From Bacteroidales bacterium (GTDB lineage Bacteria > Bacteroidota > Bacteroidia > Bacteroidales > VadinHA17), in the NCBI GenBank assembly GCA_041740815.1, contig JBGSLG010000082.1, positions 5,990 to 69,989 on the forward strand: a stretch of DNA of 64,000 nucleotides. Direction: 5' to 3'. Below the pieces are notes generated by a model that ran no database searches, was not told where the DNA came from, and worked only from the letters and a program-made list of their open reading frames with translations. Below are positions 36,666 through 44,246 of the stretch, piece by piece (position 1 is the stretch's first letter; each line of letters starts with the position of its first letter). The position numbers and the translations under genes are program-made.

Positions 36666-37640
36666 TCATTCTTCCTGAATCACTGCCTTCTCATCCGCAG
36701 AAACATGCTTCTCCTGTCCGACTTTGAAAAAATGTTTTCCGGCGGGATTATAAATAATGTTCAGGGCTCCGGGCAGAACCCCCATCTCAAAATGCTGTCC
36801 GAAATATAGCTCCCCGTCAATATGATAAGGTATGCGGGAGGGGAACTCAAGTACCAGCCTGTCAGTCTGGTAATAGGTTACCCGCTCATCATTGACATGT
36901 GTACCGGCCGGTACCATAAGCAGTATCCTGAGCCTCTGGTACAGGGAAAGTCTTTTTATTGCACAGACGTCAAGAAGGCTGTCATTGGCAATGCTACCGG
37001 GGGTGAGGTAAAACGATCCCGCAAATCTCCTGCCATTGGCAACGGTATTCATGAAGCAGTCTGTCTCATATGTTGACCCGTTACAGATCACTTTCATCCT
37101 TTTTTCCGTGTAGGCAAACAGTGTCTTTATGATATGCCAGACATATTTACTCTTGCCACCAGGTTTAACCTCACCTGATTCAGTGTAATTTTCAGAAGCC
37201 ACCTGGGCGTCAAATCCCAGGCCAAGGCCATTCAGAATGATCTTCCCGTTGCATACGCCCACATCCATAGGAATCACATTGACATTGAAAAACATCTCCC
37301 AGTCACTCTTAGTGAATCGGTCGGGAAACCCTGTTATCTGAATGAAGTCATTGCCCGTGCCTCCGGCTATCAGGCCGACATTTATATCCGTCCTGTTGAC
37401 AAGGGGAACAGCAATCTCATTCATGGTGCCGTCACCTCCCACACCGACTATGCAGTTGTATCCCTTTGCGGCGTAGTGCTCTGACAGCTGGGTGGCATGG
37501 CCTTTCCTCTCAGTAAAGACAATCTCAGCATCCATGTTCCGGAGGGCAATCATCTGCCTGATCTTATCAACCAGGGTCAGTGCAAAGCCGCTACCTGCTA
37601 CCGGATTAACAATGAAAACCCATTTCCTGTGATTCTCCAT
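36666..37640 (-). CDS. Diacylglycerol/lipid kinase family protein (YegS/BmrU-like)
   Basis: 324 aa. FIVNPVAGSG, VGVGGDGTMNEI, AGGTGNDF. Confidence 0.8.
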   Translation of the reverse strand: MENHRKWVFIVNPVAGSGFALTLVDKIRQMIALRNMDAEIVFTERKGHATQLSEHYAAKGYNCIVGVGGDGTMNEIAVPLVNRTDINVGLIAGGTGNDFIQITGFPDRFTKSDWEMFFNVNVIPMDVGVCNGKIILNGLGLGFDAQVASENYTESGEVKPGGKSKYVWHIIKTLFAYTEKRMKVICNGSTYETDCFMNTVANGRRFAGSFYLTPGSIANDSLLDVCAIKRLSLYQRLRILLMVPAGTHVNDERVTYYQTDRLVLEFPSRIPYHIDGELYFGQHFEMGVLPGALNIIYNPAGKHFFKVGQEKHVSADEKAVIQEE

Positions 37641-37802
37641 GGCAATATTTGGTGATAGGCATCAATAGTTGACTAAACATACGGAAATGTAACGATTTCC
37701 ATAAATATATCACACAAACCTGACAATTATTATGTTGCCGGAATTAAAGAAGCCTCACGGCTTTAAAGTATTAGCGCGACAGCCTGAGCTACCTCCTTCC
37801 TC

Positions 37803-39293
37803 TCAGATATCCAGGATTGTCAGGGTGGCTATCGAGTGGGGCAGACTGGTTGTGACAGCAGCCTGATTCCCGATATACAGCCTGTAGCTTATCTCTTCAT
37901 CAGTCGGATTCATTACAACCACGGCTATGGAGCCGTCAGTGTTGATGAAGGCTGTGGTCAGCAGCTGGGCCCTGCTTGATGAACTGATGATTCTTTCGGC
38001 TCCGGGCCTTATGTACTTTGAAAAATGACCGATGTAATAATATGAGTTCATGTAATGGAGCGTTCCCTCATTAACCCTGGCATGAACCGGGGCAAAACAG
38101 AAGTTTTTGACATGGTTGGGACCTCCGGTCTCATCAAGCAGGATATTCCAGTCAGTCCAGGCCACAGCCCCGTTGTTGAAATCGTGGATCATATTCTCAC
38201 CGTAAATCTCACCCCACTTCCACTGGTCTATTGTCTCCCAGTTGAAGGGGTAATTACATGCCTCGGTGAGCAGCAGGTTCGTTTCCGGGAATGCTTCAGC
38301 CACCCGTTTTACGTTTTCATATTGTCTTCCGCCGGTCCAGACCTCATACCAGTGAAACCCGATGCCCCATACGTACTTCGCCGCTTCCGGGTCTCCCAGA
38401 ATACCGGAGGCCCGGTGATAGATCAGGTCACGGTTATGATCCCAGGCAATAAGCTTCTTGTCGGCCATATTGTTTTTATGAAGTGTAGGGCCGAGGAAAT
38501 TCTTTATGAAATCACGCTCCTCCTCTGCGGTATAGATGCAGCTCTCCCAGGTCTGCCTGGCCATCGGTTCATTCTGGACTGACAGACCCCAGACGGGCAC
38601 TCCGCTCTGCTCAAGAGCCCGAATGTATTTAACATAATAATCAGCCCACGACTGGTAGTACTCCGGTAAAAGCTTCCCTCCGAACAGCATGTCGTTATTA
38701 TCCTTCATCCATGCGGGCGGACTCCAGGGGCTGACAAACAGAGGGAGAGACCCTCCGGCTGTTTTCATTGCTTCTTTGATAATGGGTATCTTATACTTTT
38801 CATCATGGGCAATGCTGAAGGTTTTCAACTCCTTGTCACCTTCCTCCACGTAGGTGTACATGTCACTCGAGAAATCGCAGCTGTTTATGTTGGTCCTGCC
38901 AAACGAGTAACCAATACCGGAGACCGGGTCAAAATAGGCTTTTATAAGTTCATCCTGCTTCTCTGCCGGCAGCTTTGCCCAAGTCTCGGCAGAGGCATCG
39001 GTGAAGGCGCCTCCTATCCCGATAAAGGTCTGGAACCTTTGTGAGGGATCAAGGAATAGCGAGGGCTGAGTCTCAAGCGGCTGATCAAAGCCGGTGAAGA
39101 TCAGCGTGTCTGTTGCCGACAGTCTCAGATCAGTACCATCGGCGGTTGTGCAGACCACAACCTTTTTACCGGCAGTGCTGAATTCCTGTCCTGCCTGTGA
39201 TGCCTGTGCTGCCGCTGACGGCACGTCGCTGACCCTGTTGCCATTGCATGAAGCCAGCAGAACCATACCAGCTAGAATGAACCCATTTCTCAT
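37803..39293 (-). CDS. Glycoside hydrolase family 30 lipoprotein (glucosylceramidase-like)
   Basis: 496 aa. Lipobox LLAS|C. GIGGAFTDASAE, SPWSPPAWMK, GLSVQNEP (acid/base Glu), LLTEACN (nucleophile Glu). Confidence 0.8.
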   Translation of the reverse strand: MRNGFILAGMVLLASCNGNRVSDVPSAAAQASQAGQEFSTAGKKVVVCTTADGTDLRLSATDTLIFTGFDQPLETQPSLFLDPSQRFQTFIGIGGAFTDASAETWAKLPAEKQDELIKAYFDPVSGIGYSFGRTNINSCDFSSDMYTYVEEGDKELKTFSIAHDEKYKIPIIKEAMKTAGGSLPLFVSPWSPPAWMKDNNDMLFGGKLLPEYYQSWADYYVKYIRALEQSGVPVWGLSVQNEPMARQTWESCIYTAEEERDFIKNFLGPTLHKNNMADKKLIAWDHNRDLIYHRASGILGDPEAAKYVWGIGFHWYEVWTGGRQYENVKRVAEAFPETNLLLTEACNYPFNWETIDQWKWGEIYGENMIHDFNNGAVAWTDWNILLDETGGPNHVKNFCFAPVHARVNEGTLHYMNSYYYIGHFSKYIRPGAERIISSSSRAQLLTTAFINTDGSIAVVVMNPTDEEISYRLYIGNQAAVTTSLPHSIATLTILDI

Positions 39294-39323
39294 AATGAAT
39301 CTTTATTTCTGATCAATGTGATG

Positions 39324-39409
39324 ACTGAACCAGTTGCTGAAACCATTTACTCAAACCAGTTGCTCAAACCAGTTACTGAAACCAGCTGTTGATTCCAGTT
39401 ACTGAACCA
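39324..39409 (-). repeat. Imperfect 13-nt tandem repeat (minus-strand unit CTGGTTTSAGYAA, about 6-7 copies) between GH20 and GH30
   Basis: The plus strand reads ctgaaccagttg ctgaaaccatttact caaaccagttg ctcaaaccagttact gaaaccagctgtt gattccagttact gaacca. The last copy contains the GH20 stop codon. Confidence 0.75.
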
Positions 39410-40991
39410 CAGGGCTGGCCTCCTGAGGCGGCAGACCCCACTCCAGAATCTTCGACTGGTAGAAGTTGATGCCTGCTGCCTCCATCCTCAGCCCGTGTTC
39501 TGCAAGGCGAACCTTGTATTCATCCCAGCTTCGCATCTCCGCAGGGGTCCACCCTATCTCGGCGTAACCCAGGAGTCGCGGGAAAAGAAGGTACTCGGCT
39601 TCCTTCCTGTCTGATATTGTTTCAGACCACAGTGGCGCCTCTATTCCGATAATATTTTCCCTTTTAATCTCAGGAACCAGTGCGGCAGGATCCCAGTTGT
39701 ATCCGTGATCAACCTCGATGAAGCCGGCCCAGTGCAGACCAAAGATACTTGTGGAATCATATTGCATATCGAGATATGCATATTTAGCCGGTGACATAAG
39801 TACCTTTGCTCCCTGGTTCACGCCTTTTACCGCATTGTCAGCCCTGGCCCAGAATTGAACAACGGTGTTAGGCTTCAGTGTGGCGAGCGCGATCTCATCC
39901 CAGCCGAGCACCAGCTTTCCGTGAGCAGCGACAATATCCTGAACCCTGTTTATGAACGGAATGTAATCTTCCAGCTTTGTTACATGCGATTCGTCTCCCC
40001 CGATATGAATGTATGGACCTGGAGTCAGTTCTGACAGTTCACGGATAACATCATCAATGAATTTGTAGGTGATCTCTGACTTAGTGTCAAAGGTACTGAA
40101 CCCGACATTTGTTCCAGTGTAAAGTTCAGGTGCCTTGCCTCCGATATTTAATTCCGGATAAGAAGAGAGGGCAGCGTTTGTATGTCCCGGCATGTCAATC
40201 TCGGGGATGATTGTGACAAACCTCTCACTGGCATATTTCACGATCTCCGAATACTGCTCCTGGGTATAATAACCGCCTTCACCGCCGCCAACTTCCGTTT
40301 TGCCTCCATGAGCTGTAAGGTTGGGCCACGACTTGATCTCGATCCTCCAGCCCTGATCATCTGATAGGTGGAGGTGCAACACGTTCATCTTGTAGGTTGC
40401 CAGCTGATCAATAAAGATCTTAATATCTTCCACACCGAAGAAATGGCGTGCCACATCAAGCATAGCCCCGCGATATGAATAGAGTGGATAATCGCGGATT
40501 GTTCCCGTGGGTATCTCCCAGGGTCCATCCTGCAACGATGCCATCTCCACGCCCGCCGGCAGAAGCTGCCTGACGGTCTGAATACCGTAAAACAGTCCGG
40601 CTGGTTTGTTTGCAGTGATTTTCAACAGTTTGTCTGTGACAACAAGTTCGTAACCTTCTTCACCAAGGCTGGCATCAGCCTCCGACAGTTCCAGGAGGAT
40701 ATCTCCCCTGCCCGGCTTGCGGCCGTCAGTGATCACCTTAATAGCCAGTCCGGTTGAGGGACTGAGCTTATCGGAGAGGTACTGACCTATAGGCGCCAGC
40801 TCCTCGGAAGGGCCACTGATGTAAATGCCGGTTCGCCCTGTAACGCTAAACGTTTCGCCGGTTGATACAACTGATACCGGTTTCGGAATGATGCTCGCTT
40901 TTGTCATATCGGTCGGTGTTGTTGAACAGGCCGTCATGCCGATCATTGTCATGAATGCCGCAGCGGTCGCAAGGAGGGTGAGTTTTTTCAT
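39399..40991 (-). CDS. Glycoside hydrolase family 20 beta-N-acetylhexosaminidase lipoprotein
   Basis: 530 aa. Lipobox GMTA|C. RGAMLDVARHF, NVLHLHLSDDQGWRIEI, HIGGDE. Confidence 0.85.
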   Translation of the reverse strand: MKKLTLLATAAAFMTMIGMTACSTTPTDMTKASIIPKPVSVVSTGETFSVTGRTGIYISGPSEELAPIGQYLSDKLSPSTGLAIKVITDGRKPGRGDILLELSEADASLGEEGYELVVTDKLLKITANKPAGLFYGIQTVRQLLPAGVEMASLQDGPWEIPTGTIRDYPLYSYRGAMLDVARHFFGVEDIKIFIDQLATYKMNVLHLHLSDDQGWRIEIKSWPNLTAHGGKTEVGGGEGGYYTQEQYSEIVKYASERFVTIIPEIDMPGHTNAALSSYPELNIGGKAPELYTGTNVGFSTFDTKSEITYKFIDDVIRELSELTPGPYIHIGGDESHVTKLEDYIPFINRVQDIVAAHGKLVLGWDEIALATLKPNTVVQFWARADNAVKGVNQGAKVLMSPAKYAYLDMQYDSTSIFGLHWAGFIEVDHGYNWDPAALVPEIKRENIIGIEAPLWSETISDRKEAEYLLFPRLLGYAEIGWTPAEMRSWDEYKVRLAEHGLRMEAAGINFYQSKILEWGLPPQEASPVVQ

Positions 40992-41069
40992 TGAAATCCT
41001 GGTTGTTTAGTTCTTAAATCGCATCCGTGCAGGCCCGGGCAAAACTCCTGCCTGCTGCGGATCATTCTC

Positions 41070-41077
41070 CAAATATA
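41070..41077 (-). promoter_or_regulatory. -7 box (TAtaTTTG) upstream of the GH20-GH30 operon
   Basis: The reverse complement of caaatata is tatatttg, 79 nt upstream of the ATG at 40991, implying a long leader. Confidence 0.3.
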
Positions 41078-41243
41078 CATTTAAAATCAGTTTCACCCGC
41101 CCCCAATCCCCCGGGAAGACTTTCAAAGGCATGTATCAGGTCATCAATCTCCGGTATTGTGTTTTCGCGGAGGATATTTCCATTGCAGACGGTACGCTCC
41201 ATCCTATTCTTTATACCGCCCCGCAGGAATCACGGAATATTTA

Positions 41244-41251
41244 TAAATTTG
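41244..41251 (+). promoter_or_regulatory. -7 box (TAaaTTTG) for the acyltransferase gene
   Basis: taaatttg lies 12 nt upstream of the ATG at 41263, inside the longer track ORF (41131). Confidence 0.45.
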
Positions 41252-41262
41252 TATTCACTGAT

Positions 41263-42123
41263 ATGAAGGTTGTTGAGCCACATGACTTCGAGGCCCTCTC
41301 TTTCCTTTTCAGAGGCAACAAAGGGCACCGCCGCGCTGAATTTATCATGCGGATGCTGGCAATTGATAAGATTAATAATTTATATGACAATTCGGCGAAA
41401 TATAGCGGAGTCTCTTTTACTTCGGGCCTCCTTGATGATCTGGGAGTCAAATACGCAGTTGGCAACGCGGAACGCCTTCAATCCTTGCCCGACGGTGCCT
41501 TCATCACCGTCTCAAACCATCCTTACGGAGGCCTTGACGGAATTATGTCAATAGACCTGTTCGCATCCATCAGACCCGATTATAAATTCATGGTCAACAG
41601 GATCCTTTCAACGGTCAGGGCTCTCGACGACAATTTCATCTCTGTGGTCCCGGCAGGTAATAAAAAGACCGGCGTGAAAGCCGCAAGCATTAAGGGGATA
41701 CGTGATACACTCAGTCATCTGCGTAACGGCCACCCGGCTGGCTTTTTCCCATCCGGTGCCGTCTCGGACTTCAGCCCCGGGGAACTCCGGGTAAGGGACA
41801 GGAAATGGCAGGCAAGCATCCTTCACCTGATACACTCGGTAAGGGTCCCAATAATGCCGGTTCGCTTCTTCGACATAAACTCCGCTTTCTTCTATATTCT
41901 CGGTCTCATCAACTGGCGGATCCGCCTGCTCAGGCTTCCGTCGGAGGTATTCAACAAGACCCGCCATGAACAACGAATCGGTATCGGGAGGCTAATTACC
42001 GTAGAGGAGCAGCAACAGTTTCCGGATCCCGGATCGCTTGGCGCCTTTTTACGCCAGTCGGTATACGAAATGCCCCTCCCGGATAGATTTGTTCCGCGTA
42101 AAATGATTAATCTTACTAAGTAA
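41263..42123 (+). CDS. Lysophospholipid (PlsC-like) acyltransferase family protein
   Basis: About 286 aa from the internal ATG. ITVSNHPYGGLDG (acyltransferase His/Asp block) and GFFPSGAVS (second block). Confidence 0.7.
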   Translation: MKVVEPHDFEALSFLFRGNKGHRRAEFIMRMLAIDKINNLYDNSAKYSGVSFTSGLLDDLGVKYAVGNAERLQSLPDGAFITVSNHPYGGLDGIMSIDLFASIRPDYKFMVNRILSTVRALDDNFISVVPAGNKKTGVKAASIKGIRDTLSHLRNGHPAGFFPSGAVSDFSPGELRVRDRKWQASILHLIHSVRVPIMPVRFFDINSAFFYILGLINWRIRLLRLPSEVFNKTRHEQRIGIGRLITVEEQQQFPDPGSLGAFLRQSVYEMPLPDRFVPRKMINLTK

Positions 42124-42135
42124 AACCAAACCGGG

Positions 42136-42849
42136 ATGACTGAGGAAAAAAATCAGGGTAAAACCAGGATTTCGATGAAAACAAGTGAGATCATCAATTC
42201 AGTTTTCGGTGACAGGAGCAGGACAAACCTTCTGAAAAAATACGAACAGCAGGCATTAGCCTGGCTGGTTCAGCGCATACCGGCCTGGATCACCTCCAAC
42301 ATCCTGACAGGAATCGGATTCTTCGGGTATATAATAGTTTTTGGAAGTTTCCTGCTGGCTTCCTATGTCAGCAGGACCTACCTTCTGCTCGGACTACTGG
42401 GTTTTTTAATTAACTGGTTCGGAGACTCACTCGATGGCAGACTTGCATATTACCGCAAAATACCCAGGAAACAATATGGCTTTACCCTTGATATCACAAT
42501 TGACTGGCTTAGCATTATCCTGATCGGCCTTGGCTATATAATCTACGTCGACGGAATCTGGGAGGTTTTTGGATACGGCTTCGTGACAATGTACGCCTGG
42601 GAAATTATCCTTGCCCTGATAAGGTACAAAATCACCGGTAAATACTCAATTGACTCAGGTAAAGTTGGACCTACCGAAGTAAGGATCGCAGTGGGTGCCT
42701 GTCTCGTGGCTGAAGTACTTCTGCCCGACTCTCTTATCTATTCAGCAGGCGTTCTTGTAGTTGCTATTTTCATTGTCAATATATTGGATACCAATAAATT
42801 GCTTCGTATGGCTAACGAAATTGATAGAAAGGAAGCCCAAAGCAAATGA
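42136..42849 (+). CDS. CDP-alcohol phosphatidyltransferase family protein (second copy)
   Basis: 237 aa. DSLDGRLAYYRKIPRKQYGFTLDITID approximates the family motif. Multi-TM. Confidence 0.7.
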   Translation: MTEEKNQGKTRISMKTSEIINSVFGDRSRTNLLKKYEQQALAWLVQRIPAWITSNILTGIGFFGYIIVFGSFLLASYVSRTYLLLGLLGFLINWFGDSLDGRLAYYRKIPRKQYGFTLDITIDWLSIILIGLGYIIYVDGIWEVFGYGFVTMYAWEIILALIRYKITGKYSIDSGKVGPTEVRIAVGACLVAEVLLPDSLIYSAGVLVVAIFIVNILDTNKLLRMANEIDRKEAQSK

Positions 42850-42854
42850 TATAC

Positions 42855-42862
42855 TATATTTG
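42855..42862 (+). promoter_or_regulatory. -7 box (TAtaTTTG) for the GNAT-like gene
   Basis: tatatttg lies 22 nt upstream of the ATG at 42884. Confidence 0.45.
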
Positions 42863-42883
42863 TTTTCAGCCAATCTCACTCAC

Positions 42884-44005
42884 ATGAGCGAAATTACTGT
42901 TAAGGAAGTCGTTTCACGACGAGACCTCCGTCACTTCATCTATCTGCCTGAAAAGGTACACAGGGATGAACCGGACTGGTTGCCGCCTATTTACATGGAT
43001 GAGTGGGAACTGTATGACAGAAAGAAGAACAAATCTTTTGGCTATGCCGATGCCCTGCTGCTGCTTGCCTTCAGGGACGGTAAACCAGCAGGCAGGATCA
43101 TGGGTCTGATCAACCGGAGATATAACGAGATTAACAGCGAGGCACACGGCAGGTTCTGTTTCATGGAGTGTTATAACGACAGGGAGGTTTTTCATGCTCT
43201 CATAAGCAGGATAGAGGATTGGGCCCGGCAGAACGGCATGAACAAACTGGTTGGTCCGCTTGGTTTCTCGGACAAGGATCCGCAGGGATTCCAGATCGAG
43301 GGTTTTGAGTACCCGCAGTTCATCACCAGCGCCAACAATTCCCCATACATGGTGAACCTGATTGAAAATGAGGGATATGCCAGGAAGATAGACCTGGTGA
43401 ACTACCTCGGCGATATGCCGAAGGAGTTTCCTGTTGTTTATGAAAGGGTGCTTGAAAGAATAAACAGATCCCAGGAATTTACAATTACCGAGTTCCCGAC
43501 AAAGAAGACACTCAGGCCATATATACTCCGTGTACTTGAACTTATGAATGACACCTTTTCAGAGATATACGGCTTCGTGCCGCTCAACGACAAGGAAAAG
43601 GCGGATTTTGCGGCACGTTACATGCCTATAATCGATCCGAAATTTATCAAGGTGGTGGAGAAGGATGGGCAGCTGATCGGGTTTGCCATAGGATTGCCTG
43701 ACCTCAGTGCCGGCATAAAAGCCTGCCGGGGAAGACTGTTGCCCTTCGGGATCCTCAAGGTCCTAAGGGAATCAAAAAGGTCAAAGAAACTGATAATGAT
43801 GCTCGGCGGGGTCAGGAAGGAATTCAGGGGCAAGGGTATTGATGTGCTGATGGGAGTCAAAATACTCCAGGATGGCATCAAAAGCAGAATGGAAAGCCTC
43901 GACAGCCATCTCGTGCTTGAAGATAACCTGAGGATGAGAGGTGAATACGAAAGGATCGGCTGCAAGGTTGTCAAGAAATTCAGGATCTACCAGAAGGATC
44001 TGTAA
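42884..44005 (+). CDS. GNAT-fold (acyl-CoA N-acyltransferase-like) protein, uncharacterised subfamily
   Basis: About 373 aa from the internal ATG: MSEITVKEVVSRRDLRHFIYLPEKVHRDEPDWLPPIYMDEWELYD... Later LGGVRKEFRGKGIDVLM resembles the acetyl-CoA loop R/Q-x-x-G-x-G/A. Confidence 0.6.
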   Translation: MSEITVKEVVSRRDLRHFIYLPEKVHRDEPDWLPPIYMDEWELYDRKKNKSFGYADALLLLAFRDGKPAGRIMGLINRRYNEINSEAHGRFCFMECYNDREVFHALISRIEDWARQNGMNKLVGPLGFSDKDPQGFQIEGFEYPQFITSANNSPYMVNLIENEGYARKIDLVNYLGDMPKEFPVVYERVLERINRSQEFTITEFPTKKTLRPYILRVLELMNDTFSEIYGFVPLNDKEKADFAARYMPIIDPKFIKVVEKDGQLIGFAIGLPDLSAGIKACRGRLLPFGILKVLRESKRSKKLIMMLGGVRKEFRGKGIDVLMGVKILQDGIKSRMESLDSHLVLEDNLRMRGEYERIGCKVVKKFRIYQKDL

Positions 44006-44011
44006 CCACTG

Positions 44012-44246
44012 TCAGTCCTCAGTCCTCAGCCGGCAGTCTTCAGTCCTAGAAGGCAGTAGGCAGTAGGCAATAGGCAGTAGTGAAAATTAAGAATTAAGAA
44101 TTGATAATCAGCCTATTAGATTAACTGACCGCAAGACTGCACGACTGCAAGACCTTCAGACTTCAGACCTTTTGACCTTCAGACTCAGTTCTTCTGGCTT
44201 CGACCGCAGAACCGCAGGACCGCAGAACCGCAAGACCCCGACAGGT
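44012..44246. repeat. Left copy of the heptamer-rich non-coding element, inverted relative to 53057..53222
   Basis: Runs of cagtcct, ggcagta, aattaag, gcaagac, cttcaga and ccgcaga units. The core 44059..44153 matches the reverse complement of 53089..53190. By eye there are about 5 substitutions plus one extra aattaag unit. Confidence 0.85.

Noticed and set aside
38055-38582. A 175-aa plus-strand ORF.
   Set aside because: It is antisense to the GH30 gene, which has clear catalytic motifs.
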